This document shows, one piece after another, positions 47,609-56,701 of a stretch of DNA of 56,713 bases. Each line of letters opens with the position of its first letter. The first letter of the stretch is position 1. The notes below the pieces were generated by a model. The model saw only the letters and a program-made list of their open reading frames with translations. It had not been told where the DNA came from and made no database searches. Source of the DNA: a virus; the IMG/VR virus record IMGVR_UViG_3300037722_000354, positions 1 to 56,713 of that record; one strand, given 5' to 3'. Made by a program: the position numbers and the translations under genes.

Positions 47609-47824
47609 ATGGACCAGATCATCAAGCGGGCGCTCGACGGCGAAGTGGTTTGCAGCATCGGGCAGATCGACAACGAGACACGCCGCACGCTCGACCGGAT
47701 GGTGAAGTTCGGGACGCTGACAAAATGGCGCGGACATTTTGCGCCGGTTGCCGGTGCGCCTCACGGATTTGGCCCTTTGAAAACTTGCTACGGCACGCCC
47801 GAAACTTTCGACGCGGTGGCGTGA
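47609..47824 (+). CDS. Hypothetical early protein
   Basis: 71 aa. RBS aagaggagagacgatATG. First gene after the pL-like promoter. Confidence 0.6.
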   Translation: MDQIIKRALDGEVVCSIGQIDNETRRTLDRMVKFGTLTKWRGHFAPVAGAPHGFGPLKTCYGTPETFDAVA

Positions 47825-48123
47825 TGCGCGTTTGGTGCGGTTGCAAAAACAAATGGCAGGAGCCTTCCATGTGCGGACATTGCGATGAATTCCCAAAGAA
47901 ACTGTCCGAAGTCGGCTTTAGCCGCGCGGCCTCGCGCGAGGCGGAGGCGGCTGATCGCGATTACCTACTCGCCGAAGGCGTTCCCCTCGGTGCAGTCGAA
48001 AACATTACAAGCGCCATTGAATACGACCGTCAATACGGGCGCGAGCGCGTCAGTGACGTTGCGCGGATCGTAGCGATCAGTCTCGCTCGCGGCGGCTTCT
48101 TCTCGAAGGCCAAACAAGCCTGA
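47824..48123 (+). CDS. Hypothetical early protein (Cys-containing)
   Basis: 99 aa from the ATG at 47824 (TGATG junction). CGCKNKWQEPSMCGHC motif. Confidence 0.5.
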   Translation: MRVWCGCKNKWQEPSMCGHCDEFPKKLSEVGFSRAASREAEAADRDYLLAEGVPLGAVENITSAIEYDRQYGRERVSDVARIVAISLARGGFFSKAKQA

Positions 48124-48177
48124 ACAATTCACCGAGTGATCCCTACGGGGCTCTCTCACAGACAATGGAAGGGTGGG

Positions 48178-48396
48178 ATGATGGCGAAGCGCAGACAACG
48201 AATGTCCTTTCGTGATGCAGTTGATCTTGTGCCCGACGATTTACCGGACGGTGCGTTTTGGGCGATGGCTCACGAAATGGCGGGCCTCGAATACGGCGAT
48301 GGCTTTGAAGAATTGTTGCCAGAAGCACAGCCACGTCGCAAGCCCAAGCGTCGGCGCAAAAAGAAAAGCCGCAAAGCAAAGAGGCCAGCCGCCTAA
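48178..48396 (+). CDS. Hypothetical early protein with a poly-basic C-terminus
   Basis: 72 aa from the ATG at 48178. C-terminal PRRKPKRRRKKKSRKAKRPAA. Confidence 0.5.
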   Translation: MMAKRRQRMSFRDAVDLVPDDLPDGAFWAMAHEMAGLEYGDGFEELLPEAQPRRKPKRRRKKKSRKAKRPAA

Positions 48397-48442
48397 TCAC
48401 CCAAGAGCCATACGGGGCGAATGAAATTCGGAGTGAAAAACG

Positions 48443-48730
48443 ATGAAACCAATTTGTGTCCCATGCCAACGGTTCTTTCGATGCAAAAAAACTGGCTTCT
48501 TTTTTATCGAAGGAATGCCAGTTGGCCAATCGCGCGCTGCGCCCGGCACGACTGAGCCCGAAAATTGGAAGCCGTACAAGCTTTGGTCTGGCGACCGTTT
48601 TGAGTGTGAGGGTTGCGGCGCGAACATCGTCGTCGGCGTGGGCCAGTCGGCAATAGCCGAACACTATGAGCCGGACTTTTCGGAATCCGTCGAAGATTAC
48701 GGCGCGAAGCTGCAAGTCAACGACTGCTAG
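48443..48730 (+). CDS. Zinc-ribbon-like hypothetical protein
   Basis: 95 aa. Cys pairs CVPC...C and CEGC. Confidence 0.5.
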   Translation: MKPICVPCQRFFRCKKTGFFFIEGMPVGQSRAAPGTTEPENWKPYKLWSGDRFECEGCGANIVVGVGQSAIAEHYEPDFSESVEDYGAKLQVNDC

Positions 48731-48780
48731 AGCCATACGGGGCGTCTATATCGTGGGGAGAAGATAGTGGAGGGATGGAA

Positions 48781-49188
48781 ATGACTTACTGCGTCACAGA
48801 AACAAAACTTCTCGCCAAGGCAGGCCGCGAGCTTTCCGAAAAGCTACTGCCGGAACCGTTCAAGCTTTGGCACGCCGATCATTCGACCGGCATCCAAATG
48901 ACAATCGTTACGGCGATTGAAGGCAAACCACAGGCTCACGTCTGGCAGGGCTCGATTTGGCATCATAGCCGATACGAGTTCAATGACGAAAAAGATATTC
49001 CGGGCCTTCAACCGGATTTTGAGTTCGCGCGCCCCGTCATTGAAAAATACTTTCGCGATGTAGCTGCGGCGGTCGCGGAGCGCGATGTTGAGCGGCAAGC
49101 TGCGCGTGAGCGCGCTGACGCTGCCGAACAATCAAAACATCAAGAACTGATTGCTGCTGTTCGCGACAAGCTCGCGGAGCAAGCCTAA
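48781..49188 (+). CDS. Hypothetical early protein
   Basis: ORF 48775-49188. The ATG at 48781 has better GGAGGG spacing. Confidence 0.55.
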   Translation: MTYCVTETKLLAKAGRELSEKLLPEPFKLWHADHSTGIQMTIVTAIEGKPQAHVWQGSIWHHSRYEFNDEKDIPGLQPDFEFARPVIEKYFRDVAAAVAERDVERQAARERADAAEQSKHQELIAAVRDKLAEQA

Positions 49189-49212
49189 TCACCAATCGGG
49201 AGGGACGCCCAA

Positions 49213-49389
49213 ATGGAAAAGATCGTGGTCACGCAAACGCAAATGAACTTGCTGCTCACGGCTGTTGAGTACGGGTTTCGCGCGCATGAACACGGCAAGA
49301 ACCTCCAAGCCGCTCTAGCGGGCGTGAACGATCTTTACGAGGTGAAGATGTTTCGACTGGTCCGTGAGCAACCTACTTCTACACCCTGA
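49213..49389 (+). CDS. Hypothetical small protein (58 aa, below the ORF-track cutoff)
   Basis: Read from sequence: GGGAGGG RBS, then ATG at 49213 and TGA at 49387-49389. Fills an otherwise empty gap. Confidence 0.45.
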   Translation: MEKIVVTQTQMNLLLTAVEYGFRAHEHGKNLQAALAGVNDLYEVKMFRLVREQPTSTP

Positions 49390-49401
49390 GAGTGACAGAA
49401 A

Positions 49402-49767
49402 ATGACAAAGAGATTGATAGCGCCGAAACTGACCGAGGGTGAGTGGAAGTGTGACGTGTCCGATCAGGGCAGCGTGGGCGGCAATGCCTATGTCTGCATT
49501 GATGCGCCCGAGGTTCGGCAGACCGTAGCGCGCGTCATTTGCTACGACGAATTACGCAATCTTGAACGCCTCCCCTACGAAGCCAACGCACGCTTCCTCG
49601 CTGGCAGTAAGAAAACGAGTGAGGCGCTAGCCCGCATCATCGAAGCCAATGACGAGTTTCGTAGAGCGCTCCCCGCTGGCTGGGAAGGCGATCCGGTTGA
49701 CGACGCCTGCAAGGAAGCCCGCGCCGCCCTCGTCGCTCAAGGCTATTCGTATTCGGAACAGGAGTGA
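49402..49767 (+). CDS. Hypothetical early protein
   Basis: 121-aa ORF, tightly packed. Confidence 0.55.
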   Translation: MTKRLIAPKLTEGEWKCDVSDQGSVGGNAYVCIDAPEVRQTVARVICYDELRNLERLPYEANARFLAGSKKTSEALARIIEANDEFRRALPAGWEGDPVDDACKEARAALVAQGYSYSEQE

Positions 49768-49770
49768 GTG

Positions 49771-50016
49771 ATGAAATTCAAGCCGGAAGATTACGCAGGG
49801 CTTGCAGCAATCTATAGCGCGAAGGCTGACGAGACGCCACGCTTGGCACGTTCAGTCCAGCACGAACGCGCATTGATCGCGTCCGCCCTCCGTATCGCAA
49901 GCCGAGCGACAGAGGAAGGGATTGTGAACGCAGTGCGGCAGTCCGTCATGCACGATGGCCGCGCGCTCGACGGTCCAATTGCCCGCGCCATCCTCAAGCA
50001 TCTAGGGGAGGAATGA
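49771..50016 (+). CDS. Hypothetical early protein
   Basis: 81 aa (an alternative GTG at 49768 overlaps the upstream stop). Confidence 0.5.
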   Translation: MKFKPEDYAGLAAIYSAKADETPRLARSVQHERALIASALRIASRATEEGIVNAVRQSVMHDGRALDGPIARAILKHLGEE

Positions 50017-50241
50017 ATGCCGGATAGCAAGAAGATTGATGCCGCCAAAGCCACCATGCACGCCGCATTGCTGATCCTTCTAGATGACATGCGCAATGAG
50101 CTTAGCGGCGCGGATGAGGACAGCGGACGCGACACGATGATTTCAGGATGGATCAGAACGATAGAGGGCGCGGTAGCCGTGGCTAACGCGGAACGTGGCG
50201 AACGGTTCAAGCGCAATCTCATCGCAACGCTCGGAGGATGA
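50017..50241 (+). CDS. Hypothetical early protein
   Basis: 74-aa ORF. Its start abuts the upstream stop. Confidence 0.5.
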   Translation: MPDSKKIDAAKATMHAALLILLDDMRNELSGADEDSGRDTMISGWIRTIEGAVAVANAERGERFKRNLIATLGG

Positions 50242-50245
50242 AGCC

Positions 50246-50428
50246 ATGACCCGCAAGATTGAACGAACCTACACGCTCACTGAGCGAGACGTGCGCGAGG
50301 CGATCCTTGCATGGCTGAAATCTAAAGACCTGCCAGCGCCCGACTACGTCGGCAACACCGATACGGTCGAGTGGGCAACCGATAACGGGAATACCGTCTT
50401 GCGATGGTTTGAACAGGACGAGATTTAG
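50246..50428 (+). CDS. Hypothetical early protein
   Basis: 60 aa from the ATG at 50246, preceded by ggaggatgaagcc. Confidence 0.45.
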   Translation: MTRKIERTYTLTERDVREAILAWLKSKDLPAPDYVGNTDTVEWATDNGNTVLRWFEQDEI

Positions 50429-50474
50429 CCATGACCCGCATAGCAACGCTCCCGCTGCCTACTGAGGTGAAGAT

Positions 50475-50807
50475 ATGAATGACAGCAAGATTGATGATGG
50501 CGGGCCTGCGTTTCCGGGCGAGCAAGGCTACACGCCGCAAGGCTGGAACCAGACATTTGAGCAGGGCATGTCGCTCCAAGATTATTACATCGGTCAGGCG
50601 CTAGCTAATCCAACGCTCTGCACAGGCAACGCATTGGAATACGAATTGCGCGCTTGGTTCGGTGATCGCGGCGGCATCACGAAATATCAGATAGCAGCCG
50701 CTCAAGCTCTCGCTTACGCCAATGCCATGATCTCCGCCCGCACGGCCGAGCCAGTCGATGACATGGATCAGGTTCGAGCCGACAGACAGGATTGGTTACA
50801 CCCATGA
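50475..50807 (+). CDS. Hypothetical protein with a DGGPAFP motif
   Basis: 110 aa. DDGGPAFPG...GMSLQDYYIGQAL recurs in uncharacterised phage proteins. Confidence 0.55.
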   Translation: MNDSKIDDGGPAFPGEQGYTPQGWNQTFEQGMSLQDYYIGQALANPTLCTGNALEYELRAWFGDRGGITKYQIAAAQALAYANAMISARTAEPVDDMDQVRADRQDWLHP

Positions 50808-51172
50808 CCGCTCCCGCAAGCCTCCCCCTTCCTACTGAATTACCCGGTCCAGGTCCGTTCCTGCTGCTGTTTAGCTACGGCGAGCCGGTTACGGGATCGT
50901 TTGACAAGATCGTGCGGGATATCCGCTACGGAAACATCGACGCCGATAGCATGGACATAATTTGGGAACTATCCCCGCGAGACGGAACGATGGCTGACGT
51001 AACGCTGACAATCGCACGCGCTGTCCATGTGCTCATTGAAAGCCAAGGCTATCCGGTATCGAAAGAACTGGCTCAATGGATAGACAACCACCTCCTAATT
51101 TCTGTCGAGAATGAGCGCGCATGGCGTGAACTTATTGGAGCGGAGTTACGCGCTCGTGAAGCGATGAAATAA
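50804..51172 (+). CDS. Hypothetical early protein
   Basis: 122 aa from the ATG at 50804 (ATGA overlap). Confidence 0.5.
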   Translation: MTAPASLPLPTELPGPGPFLLLFSYGEPVTGSFDKIVRDIRYGNIDADSMDIIWELSPRDGTMADVTLTIARAVHVLIESQGYPVSKELAQWIDNHLLISVENERAWRELIGAELRAREAMK

Positions 51173-51246
51173 TGGACTTTGTTACGGAGTGTAACCCGAG
51201 AGTTTCATGATTACTCGAACGCCTGAGCAAGTTCTAGGAGAGACAC

Positions 51247-51711
51247 ATGAACAAGAAGCGTCTTTTGAAACTGGCCGATCTACTCGAAGCAGACGCGAAC
51301 AATCCGAACGGGATCAAGTTCGATCTCGCGCTTTGGGGAAAGCTGGAAACCGAGCCGAAGAAAATTCCGAAAACCATTCCGGTGAACTGCGGCACGATTG
51401 GTTGTGCTGTTGGACTCGCTTGTATTTCCGGCAAGTTCAAGAGCGAGGGCCTAACATACGTCACAGGCAATATCGGCGGCGATCTTGGCATGAATAATTT
51501 CGCTCCCGTCTTTGGCAATGAAACCGGCCAAGGTGCTGTTGAGGCTTTCTTTGGCCTGCAATACCTCGACTTCAACTTTCTATTTGTGAGTGAACAGTAC
51601 TCCGCGCGCAAACGTCGCGGGAAAACTGGCGAGCTAGCCGTCGCCAAACGCATCCGTGATTTTGTCGATGGGAAAGCAATGCCAAGCCCGCGACGTGAGC
51701 CAACGTACTGA
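51247..51711 (+). CDS. Hypothetical protein (CGT.GC.VG motif family)
   Basis: 154 aa. NCGTIGCAVGLAC motif. Confidence 0.55.
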   Translation: MNKKRLLKLADLLEADANNPNGIKFDLALWGKLETEPKKIPKTIPVNCGTIGCAVGLACISGKFKSEGLTYVTGNIGGDLGMNNFAPVFGNETGQGAVEAFFGLQYLDFNFLFVSEQYSARKRRGKTGELAVAKRIRDFVDGKAMPSPRREPTY

Positions 51712-51800
51712 AGGCGCGTGAGCGATTCAAAGAGGGAATAGTCCATGACCAACCCCCTAGACCACGATCCCCAGGCACAAAGCCAATGTGGAGGAAAGTG

Positions 51801-52016
51801 ATGCTCGACAAAATGGCCGATCAAATAGAGCGCGAATCCGATCAGGCAATTAACGGCGTTGTGCAGTCTGTCTATGAACTGTCGCGCACAATCAGGAAGC
51901 GATACCACGCCGAGCATATCGGATCGGACATTGAGAAATTAATGGACGCTCACAAGGAACTTGGGCGCGCCATCGAGCGGGTTCATTCCGAAATACACAT
52001 GGAAGCAGCGGAGTAA
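51801..52016 (+). CDS. Hypothetical protein
   Basis: 71 aa from the ATG at 51801, preceded by GGAGGAAA. Confidence 0.5.
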   Translation: MLDKMADQIERESDQAINGVVQSVYELSRTIRKRYHAEHIGSDIEKLMDAHKELGRAIERVHSEIHMEAAE

Positions 52017-52021
52017 CGAGT

Positions 52022-52765
52022 ATGTCCAATTCACTTGCTCACGACCTGACAAACTATCCCGGCGCAATTCAGGCGTCCAAGGATACGTTTAATACCGCCA
52101 ACCAGTTCCTTGCCGCCAATCCCGTCATTGAAGACGAGGACACAGCGCGCGAGGCCGAGAAAATGCGCGTGCGGCTCAAGGGCTCGCTCGATGAAATGGA
52201 ATCGGAACGCGACAAGAAAGTCCGCCCGCTCAACCAGCAAGTCCGCACGATCAACGAAACCTACAAGACGGCGGCTGGCACGGTGCAGCGTATCTATGAC
52301 GAACTGCGCGCCCGCCTGACGGTCTATGCCCGCGCCGAGGAAGCCAAGCGGCTGGCCGAAGCTGCGGAGAAGCGCCGCATTGCCGATGAAGCGGATCGCA
52401 AGGCCCGCGAAGCTGAAATGGCCGAGTTTGAAGCCAAGGACAACGCCGCCAATGGCGAGCTTGATGTGAATGTCGGCCACGCCGTTATGGAAGCGGATCA
52501 GGCGTTCAACGATGCACAGCGGGCGGATCGCGAGGCCGCGAGGGCCGAGCGCAATTCAACCGTGCGCCTTGCTTCCGGCATGGGCCGGGTAACGACGCTG
52601 CGCACCAAGGAAACTCTTTTACTCGTCGATGCCGTGAAAGCCATCACTGTCATTGGCGTAACCGAGAAGACCCGAGAGGCGATCTTATCCGATGCCCGCG
52701 CCTATCGGAAGCTGCACGGCAAATTGCCGGAGGGCGTCACTTCACAAACTGAACGGTCAATCTGA
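52022..52765 (+). CDS. Coiled-coil hypothetical protein
   Basis: 247 aa with a long charged Ala/Glu/Arg-rich helical centre. Upstream of the SSB-like gene. Confidence 0.55.
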   Translation: MSNSLAHDLTNYPGAIQASKDTFNTANQFLAANPVIEDEDTAREAEKMRVRLKGSLDEMESERDKKVRPLNQQVRTINETYKTAAGTVQRIYDELRARLTVYARAEEAKRLAEAAEKRRIADEADRKAREAEMAEFEAKDNAANGELDVNVGHAVMEADQAFNDAQRADREAARAERNSTVRLASGMGRVTTLRTKETLLLVDAVKAITVIGVTEKTREAILSDARAYRKLHGKLPEGVTSQTERSI

Positions 52766-52777
52766 AAGGTAACGCCA

Positions 52778-53434
52778 ATGCCACTGAATCTATCCGTAGG
52801 TGACGGTGAGTTCGTCCCCTTCATCAAATACAACGCCAAAGCTGGACGCTTCTATGTGAAGGGCGCGGACGGCGGGCCGGAAATCGAAGTCGAAAAGCCG
52901 CGTCTCGTTTTCGACATGGCAAACATTCGCACCGGCTGGATTTACTACGCCGAAGGTGCCGGGCCAGAAAAAGTCTGGGACCCGTCACAGACGGAAGCCG
53001 CGCCGCGACCGAACGGCCCGCAGAAATGGAAGCGCGGGTTTGAAGTCATGGTGGTTGGTGCCGACAACATTCCAGGCGTCGGCAAGCTAGGCGCTCGCGA
53101 GTTTTCCAGCACGGCGGGAAACGTCATTACCTCCATTCTGCAAATGCACGCCGAATACGAGGCGGGCATGAAAGCGAACGCTAATAAGGTGCCGTTCTAC
53201 GTCTGCACTGGCGTCCGACCAATCTCAGGCCACTACGGCACGAATTATGAGCCGCTGTTCCGTCTGCATTCGTGGATTGATCGGTCGAAGGTCCCGGCAC
53301 TGGACGAGCCTGCCAGCGATGACCGCGTGCCTGACGTTAGGTTTGAAGACGAAGACCCGGCCCCGCCGCCTCCCACTGGCCGTCGCACGGATATGCACGA
53401 CGAAGACATTCCGTTTGCTCCGGAGTTTCGCTAA
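52778..53434 (+). CDS. Putative single-stranded-DNA-binding protein (acidic D-E-D-I-P-F tail)
   Basis: 218 aa. The C-terminal region PAPPPPTGRRTDMHDEDIPFAPEFR carries the acidic DDIPF-type motif that marks SSB C-termini. The core fold was not recognised by eye. Confidence 0.4.
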   Translation: MPLNLSVGDGEFVPFIKYNAKAGRFYVKGADGGPEIEVEKPRLVFDMANIRTGWIYYAEGAGPEKVWDPSQTEAAPRPNGPQKWKRGFEVMVVGADNIPGVGKLGAREFSSTAGNVITSILQMHAEYEAGMKANANKVPFYVCTGVRPISGHYGTNYEPLFRLHSWIDRSKVPALDEPASDDRVPDVRFEDEDPAPPPPTGRRTDMHDEDIPFAPEFR

Positions 53435-53919
53435 TGAACGCCGCCGCCGTTATCGAAGTGATGTTGCTACGCTGGTCCGACAATCAAAACGGGCGGACGG
53501 TGACATTCCTGTTGCCAGATGACGGCGGCGATCACCCCTTTAAAGGGCTCAAGTGCGGGCCATCGAACGGCGACCGTCTGGCCGTGTCTGTCGCGCGCAT
53601 TGCAGACGATGAAACACAACACGCGGTAGCACAGCCCTCGCCGTCGAGAGACAGTAACAGTACGGCGGCGGGGGCGAAGCAATATAGCTTACCGCAGCGG
53701 GTCGGAATGCGATGTAGCGATCTGCGCTTCCGCAAGTTTCTTGTCGAGCAAGATAACAATGAAGCAAATTATATCGCCTATGACACCGATAGGGCGGCTG
53801 ACTCCGTGCGCGTTCATTGCGGCGTGAAGTCACGATCTGAAATTCAGCCCGGCACCGAAGCCGCCCGCAAGTGGGATGCGCTTGAAGCCAAATTTCTAGC
53901 AGAAGGTAATCAGCCATGA
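53434..53919 (+). CDS. Hypothetical protein
   Basis: 161-aa ORF. TAATG junction with the upstream gene. Confidence 0.55.
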   Translation: MNAAAVIEVMLLRWSDNQNGRTVTFLLPDDGGDHPFKGLKCGPSNGDRLAVSVARIADDETQHAVAQPSPSRDSNSTAAGAKQYSLPQRVGMRCSDLRFRKFLVEQDNNEANYIAYDTDRAADSVRVHCGVKSRSEIQPGTEAARKWDALEAKFLAEGNQP

Positions 53920-54173
53920 AGATGGTCGAGCGCATGGCGCGAGCAATCTTGATTAAAGCGCGGCTTGATGGCCGTCCGATGGATAAGCGCCTGTCAATTG
54001 ATTACGCCCTCGCAGCATTGAATGCTATGCGGGAGCCGACAGAGGAAATGCTTGGTCGTGGCCAGCATTTCTACGACAAGACTGTGTGCGGTCTAATGGA
54101 TACCAACGAACCCATGCTTGCCGCGTGGGACGAAATGATCGCAACCGCCATTAAAGAAGCGGAGGCGAAGTAG
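53916..54173 (+). CDS. Hypothetical protein
   Basis: 85-aa ORF. ATGA overlap. Confidence 0.5.
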   Translation: MKMVERMARAILIKARLDGRPMDKRLSIDYALAALNAMREPTEEMLGRGQHFYDKTVCGLMDTNEPMLAAWDEMIATAIKEAEAK

Positions 54174-54575
54174 ATGGCCCAGCGCATCCTCAGACCGGCA
54201 ACGGCCTTCTCCAATTCCCTATCGGCCAGCACGAAAAAGCGGCCAAGGGAAAAGAGCGAATCTCATTTGAAGTTCATTCGCAGTTTGCCCTGTTTAATCA
54301 CAGGCAAGTACGGCGTCGATCCCGCACATATTCGATTCGGTGATCCGTTCTATGGAAAGCCCGATACCGGATTAGGCCAGAAGCCGCACGACCGTTGGGT
54401 TTTGCCGTTGCATCGTGAAGTTCACATCGAGCAGCACGAAAACAATGAACGCGAATGGTGGAACGAAATAGGGATCGATCCTTTGCAAGTCGCGTCCGCT
54501 CTTTGGGCGAATACCGGAGACGTTGAAGCGGCTGAACTTACATTGAGTGCGTTCAGGACGAAGATAAAACGTTGA
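54174..54575 (+). CDS. HNH-type nuclease-like protein (DUF968/Ref-like pattern)
   Basis: 133 aa. LPCLITGKYGVDPAHIRFGD...GLGQKPHDRWVLPLHREVHIEQH fits the pattern PC...G....aHh.r....G.g.Kp.D...iPLc...H...H. Confidence 0.5.
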   Translation: MAQRILRPATAFSNSLSASTKKRPREKSESHLKFIRSLPCLITGKYGVDPAHIRFGDPFYGKPDTGLGQKPHDRWVLPLHREVHIEQHENNEREWWNEIGIDPLQVASALWANTGDVEAAELTLSAFRTKIKR

Positions 54576-54591
54576 GCGGACAAGTGGAGAG

Positions 54592-54795
54592 ATGGTGATG
54601 GCACGCAAAGGTGAGACGGCATACAGCGAGAAGATCGCAGGCGCTACGGGCAACTACGACTGGCCTGTGGAATTTGATGCAACAGACGGGTTTGTTGGCA
54701 TCAGCCAACATACGCACAAGGGCATAGACCGAGTGCTGCTGTCACCCGCGCAGCTTGATGAGCTTATTGCCTTTGCGAAGCGCAACAAGAAATAA
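54592..54795 (+). CDS. Hypothetical protein
   Basis: 67-aa ORF (alternative ATG at 54598). Confidence 0.45.
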   Translation: MVMARKGETAYSEKIAGATGNYDWPVEFDATDGFVGISQHTHKGIDRVLLSPAQLDELIAFAKRNKK

Positions 54796-54857
54796 GCCCC
54801 CGGCACGGCGGAACCGTACTGAATCACGCCAGCACAAATGATGAGGGAATAGTCCCA

Positions 54858-55859
54858 ATGACTAATGGATTCAAACTAGGCATCGAGGCGGCGGCGAAGG
54901 TGGTTCAGTCGTGCCGGGATAAGCACGCGCCGCAAGATGAATTGCTTGGCTACATCATCGGAGAAATCCGCGCCCTCCCGATCCCCGACACTCCAGCAGG
55001 GGAGGTGGATGTTGAGCGATGCCGCGAACTATTTTCCGATCTTCTTCGCAAGGCACAACATGGTGCGGTCCCGTCAGGCGCTTGCATAGCTGCTGCCGAA
55101 GCAGGAGCATTTCTGCTCGACCGCCTAGACGCCTCCCCCGCACCCGTAACCCCAAAGCGGGTTCTTATTCCGACAAACAGCGAATGGCCGGGCGGCGTTT
55201 CTGACGGTCTAGTTTCTCCGTGCAAGCTGTGCTGCAGGATTCCTGAGTTTGATTATCTGCTCAAGGACGAAGTGTGGGACGATATTGTTTCAGAAAATGA
55301 TCGCCGCGACGTAATCTGCTTACCCTGTCTGGATCGGCTTGCGTTCGCAAAAAGAATTGATTTTGCCGAGTCGCTAAAACAAGTCCAATTCACCGGGCAC
55401 GGACAAACTATTGTACTAACCCCAACGGCATTTTTCGATTATGACGCGCGCCCCCGTCACGCACAACCAGCCGCACCCGTAGGTGATCCTGACGACAAAA
55501 TCAGGATCATGTTTGCCGAGTACGTCGATGCAATTGATCGCGGCGAGGAACAGATCGACAGCCAGAAGCACGCGGACGCTATCGATGCAGTCAGGAAGTT
55601 TCTCGGCAGAGAGCCCAACACAAGCGTCCCGTATCGCTACACGAACGAGTCACGCGAAGCTCATAGATCGCGCGCGCGTGCATGGATGGCTGATCGCGAG
55701 GACGCAGCCGTACCAGTAGCGGGTGACTGGATGAAAGCCGCCGTGAAAGACATTTACGATGTGGCAACGCATTTCGATCTGACGCACGAAAACATCGAAC
55801 GGTGCATCGCGCGTCACGCGCCAGTCTCAGAAGGCGGGAAGGACGAAAGGGGCGAGTGA
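54858..55859 (+). CDS. Hypothetical protein with a Cys-pair motif
   Basis: 333 aa. CKLCC...CLPC suggests a zinc ribbon. No other motif recognised. Confidence 0.55.
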   Translation: MTNGFKLGIEAAAKVVQSCRDKHAPQDELLGYIIGEIRALPIPDTPAGEVDVERCRELFSDLLRKAQHGAVPSGACIAAAEAGAFLLDRLDASPAPVTPKRVLIPTNSEWPGGVSDGLVSPCKLCCRIPEFDYLLKDEVWDDIVSENDRRDVICLPCLDRLAFAKRIDFAESLKQVQFTGHGQTIVLTPTAFFDYDARPRHAQPAAPVGDPDDKIRIMFAEYVDAIDRGEEQIDSQKHADAIDAVRKFLGREPNTSVPYRYTNESREAHRSRARAWMADREDAAVPVAGDWMKAAVKDIYDVATHFDLTHENIERCIARHAPVSEGGKDERGE

Positions 55860-56080
55860 TGGCGAAGTTCCTTCATAATTTTCAGCAGGGTGATCGCGTT
55901 GAACATGACAATCGTGGGCTCGGTATCGTGTCTGCAATTAAAGACGGCTTGGTTCACGTTGTCTATGACAAGCGAAGCGAGCGGACAGAAAAACACTGGG
56001 TCGGCGTCTATGACGACAATTGGTTTCGCAATGTTGGCTTGCTCCGAAAGGTAAAGGCAGGTGGGGAGGGGAAGTCATGA
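55859..56080 (+). CDS. Hypothetical protein
   Basis: 73 aa from the ATG at 55859 (TGATG junction). Confidence 0.5.
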   Translation: MAKFLHNFQQGDRVEHDNRGLGIVSAIKDGLVHVVYDKRSERTEKHWVGVYDDNWFRNVGLLRKVKAGGEGKS

Positions 56081-56220
56081 ACGCCTTGCTGATCCTTTCG
56101 TCATTGGACGAGCCAATCACGAGAGGCGACGTGGGCATGTTCTTTGTGACTGTGTTTGGTTTGTTTGCCCTAGCCATTATTGGCTTTGCCATCGCTATGG
56201 CCGCGCTTGGGAGGTTTTGA
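56077..56220 (+). CDS. Small membrane peptide
   Basis: 47 aa from the ATG at 56077 (ATGA overlap). TM helix MFFVTVFGLFALAIIGFAIAMAAL. Confidence 0.4.
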   Translation: MNALLILSSLDEPITRGDVGMFFVTVFGLFALAIIGFAIAMAALGRF

Positions 56221-56302
56221 TGGAAATATGGGACTATTATCTCATACAATGTGAACCGTGATTCAGTACGTAACCGCAGAACAAGGTGATTGGAGAAGGA
56301 AG

Positions 56303-56515
56303 ATGTGCAGCGATCAAGACAGCGATAACAAAGCAGGCACCGCAAATAGAGAAATTAAAAGGTCCGGTGAAGATGCCGGAAAAGAATTGGCGCGATTGAT
56401 GGAGCGGCAACTTGGGTACGTCGAAGGCCGTATCGATAACATCGCATTGCGATTGTTCATACGCGCATACTGGTCGCGCGTATCGACACTAGCGCACATC
56501 ATCCACGACGAATAA
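56303..56515 (+). CDS. Hypothetical protein
   Basis: 70 aa from the ATG at 56303, preceded by ggagaaggaag. Confidence 0.45.
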   Translation: MCSDQDSDNKAGTANREIKRSGEDAGKELARLMERQLGYVEGRIDNIALRLFIRAYWSRVSTLAHIIHDE

Positions 56516-56518
56516 CCC

Positions 56519-56701
56519 ATGCGCCGCCCCTCCCTACTGACGCAGGCTGAGGTTGCCCGAGCAATACGGGCAGCGAAGCAATGCGGGGCTGAGGGTGTGG
56601 AAATACGCCCGGACGGTACGATTCTGGTTCGCTTGTCCCCGATCCCCACAGTGCCGGAGGCCGAGGATCAGGCTACAGCCGAGCGGGAGGTCGTACTATG
56701 A
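56519..56701 (+). CDS. Small protein translationally coupled to the integrase (excisionase/accessory candidate)
   Basis: 60 aa. LTQAEVARAIRAAKQCGAEGVEIRPDGTILV. Its stop overlaps the int ATG (ATGA). Its 3' part is duplicated at 1-115 because of the closure repeat. Confidence 0.55.
   Translation: MRRPSLLTQAEVARAIRAAKQCGAEGVEIRPDGTILVRLSPIPTVPEAEDQATAEREVVL

Noticed and set aside
48143-48736. 197-aa minus-strand ORF in the plus-strand early operon (and likewise 51234-51917, 227 aa, and 49812-50222, 136 aa).
   Set aside because: These are antisense to chains of tightly coupled plus-strand genes with good RBSs. Their compositions are Arg/Ser/Leu-rich.
50431-50478. 15-codon mini-ORF (MTRIATLPLPTEVKI) resembling the N-terminus of ORF 50804 (MTAPASLPLPTE).
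   Set aside because: The similarity is short and may be a remnant of a local duplication. It is too small to call as a gene.
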